A stretch of DNA of 64,000 nt from Epiperipatus broadwayi. Its lineage: Eukaryota > Animalia > Onychophora. Below the pieces are notes generated by a model. That model made no database searches, was not told the origin of the DNA, and was given only the letters and a program-made list of their open reading frames with translations. The stretch spans positions 35,030,001 through 35,094,000 of the forward strand of contig JAQFVV010000001.1 of the NCBI GenBank assembly GCA_028023455.1. The letters are read 5' to 3'. The position numbers and the translations under genes are program-made. This document shows positions 62,675 through 64,000 of the stretch, piece after piece (the stretch's first letter is position 1; each line of letters begins with the position of its first letter).

Positions 62675-63340
62675 CATTATGCAAATGATGTAAGTAAAAA
62701 AGAAGGACCAAAGATAAAGGCTAAAAAGACTAAAATAATGTTCATAGATTTTCTCAGAAGAAAATAAAGATTGGTAATCATTGAATTAATAACTATAAAT
62801 ATCATTGTTAGTTTATTAATACAGATGGAAATATCAAGGATGAAATTAATCATAGAATTAAACTTTAAGGAAATGCTTTCAATAAAAATAAGTTAATATT
62901 AAAAGGAAATATGACTATGTGTTTTAAAAAAAAAAGCTTTAATAGATGTGTTTTATCCATTTTTACTTATGGATCTCAGATATGGACATTTAGCAAAAAT
63001 ACAATATAATGATTTCAGATGACTTAATAAAATATGAAGAGGTTATGTTGAATAATCAATAAAGACTCAACAAGCAGATATCATTGACATTATTGAAAAA
63101 ATTAAAAAACTAAAATTGATCTGGAGTGAACATATTGCTAGAAGAGATGATAATAGGCAGACACTTGATGTCTTTGGACTGGATTTTAAGAGATTGTAAA
63201 AACCTAGAAAGAGACCATGAATGAGATGACTGATTGAAATAAGAAATTTTTTTGCTATATTGTGAAGAAAAAAAATTATGAATAGAAGAATATGAATTTA
63301 ACTTTGAGAGGTTATCCTTCAATAGATCAGTGATGATTAA
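62675..63340 (+). mobile_element. Degenerate RTE 3' fragment
   Basis: Aligns by eye with 50810-51570 (ATTAATACAGATGGAAATAT, ATTAATCATAGAATTAAACTT, CTTATGGATCTCAGA, ACATATTGCTAGAAGAGATGATAATAG). Confidence 0.85.
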
Positions 63341-64000
63341 AAATTGTACATATATTTAAATAATAGAAATTTACTAAAAATTCTCTATGTATTTATTTAT
63401 ATAAATAATTTTTCAGCTACAGAATTTAAATCTAAAAATCTATGAAAATTTCTATTTTAAAAAATGTTTTATTTGTGATATCTTTATATATCTATGTCAA
63501 GTTTCAAGTTAGATAAAAATAGAGTTATTTTTTTCTAGTCTTTGCTAAGCAATTGCAAATATAAAGACCATTTACCAGATACTTATTATTGATATTGGTG
63601 GATATTTTTTTGTTTTAAGCTATAGTACTAATTTTTTTTCAACAAATAGTGTAGTTAACAATGATGTATAAATGATATCAAAAGTTATATGCAAAGTATT
63701 GCATATGTATAACTATATGCTTGATATATTTTTTATTTTTGTGTATATTATTGTATGTCCTGTTTGATGTAGTGGAATTGTATGACCTAAAAAACCATAG
63801 ATTGTGGTCCAACTCTATTATTTTAAAATAGTCTTGGCAGTAAAATATTTTCTTTGAAAATTTTATATTTATTTTAATTAATTAAAATAATCAATAAAAT
63901 AAACACACAAACTGGAGATGGAAGTAATATGTCAGCCTAGATTTATTAAAGCTATGCTTTGAATATTTTTTTGTATATAGTAGTTTTAACTTCAATATAA

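Noticed and set aside
1-64000. CRISPR arrays, rRNA, operons or an intact host gene
   Set aside because: No repeat-spacer array, rRNA-like block or consistent exon chain; the content is eukaryotic repeat DNA.

Overview
Very AT-rich (about 75% A+T by eye) eukaryotic DNA, probably an invertebrate such as an arthropod (inference). No host protein-coding gene can be supported; recognisable content is transposon-derived. (1) A 10.0-kb Ty3/Gypsy LTR retrotransposon on the minus strand (38433-48434) with ~2.5-kb LTRs, a tRNA-Lys-like PBS, PPT, gag-pro, RT/RNase H and integrase, one frameshift and one nonsense codon, inserted in a (TA)n run. (2) Six RTE-type LINE pieces at different stages of decay, plus another decayed LINE. 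(3) Five Penelope-like (PLE) remnants, not interpreted by the ORF track, each with a minimal hammerhead-ribozyme-like motif; four are head-to-head inverted repeats, three keep GIY-YIG C-terminal coding relics, and four have a variant U3/A8 core. (4) A ~5.45-kb diverged palindrome (10911-16365) ending exactly on a ~290-bp LTR-like unit. (5) A CpG-rich tRNA-Gly-like Pol III-type unit at 54733-54816 with a rebuilt central hairpin. (6) A foldback-like modular repeat, microsatellites and CpG-retaining patches. All identities and counts are by-eye estimates; no searches or folding programs were run.
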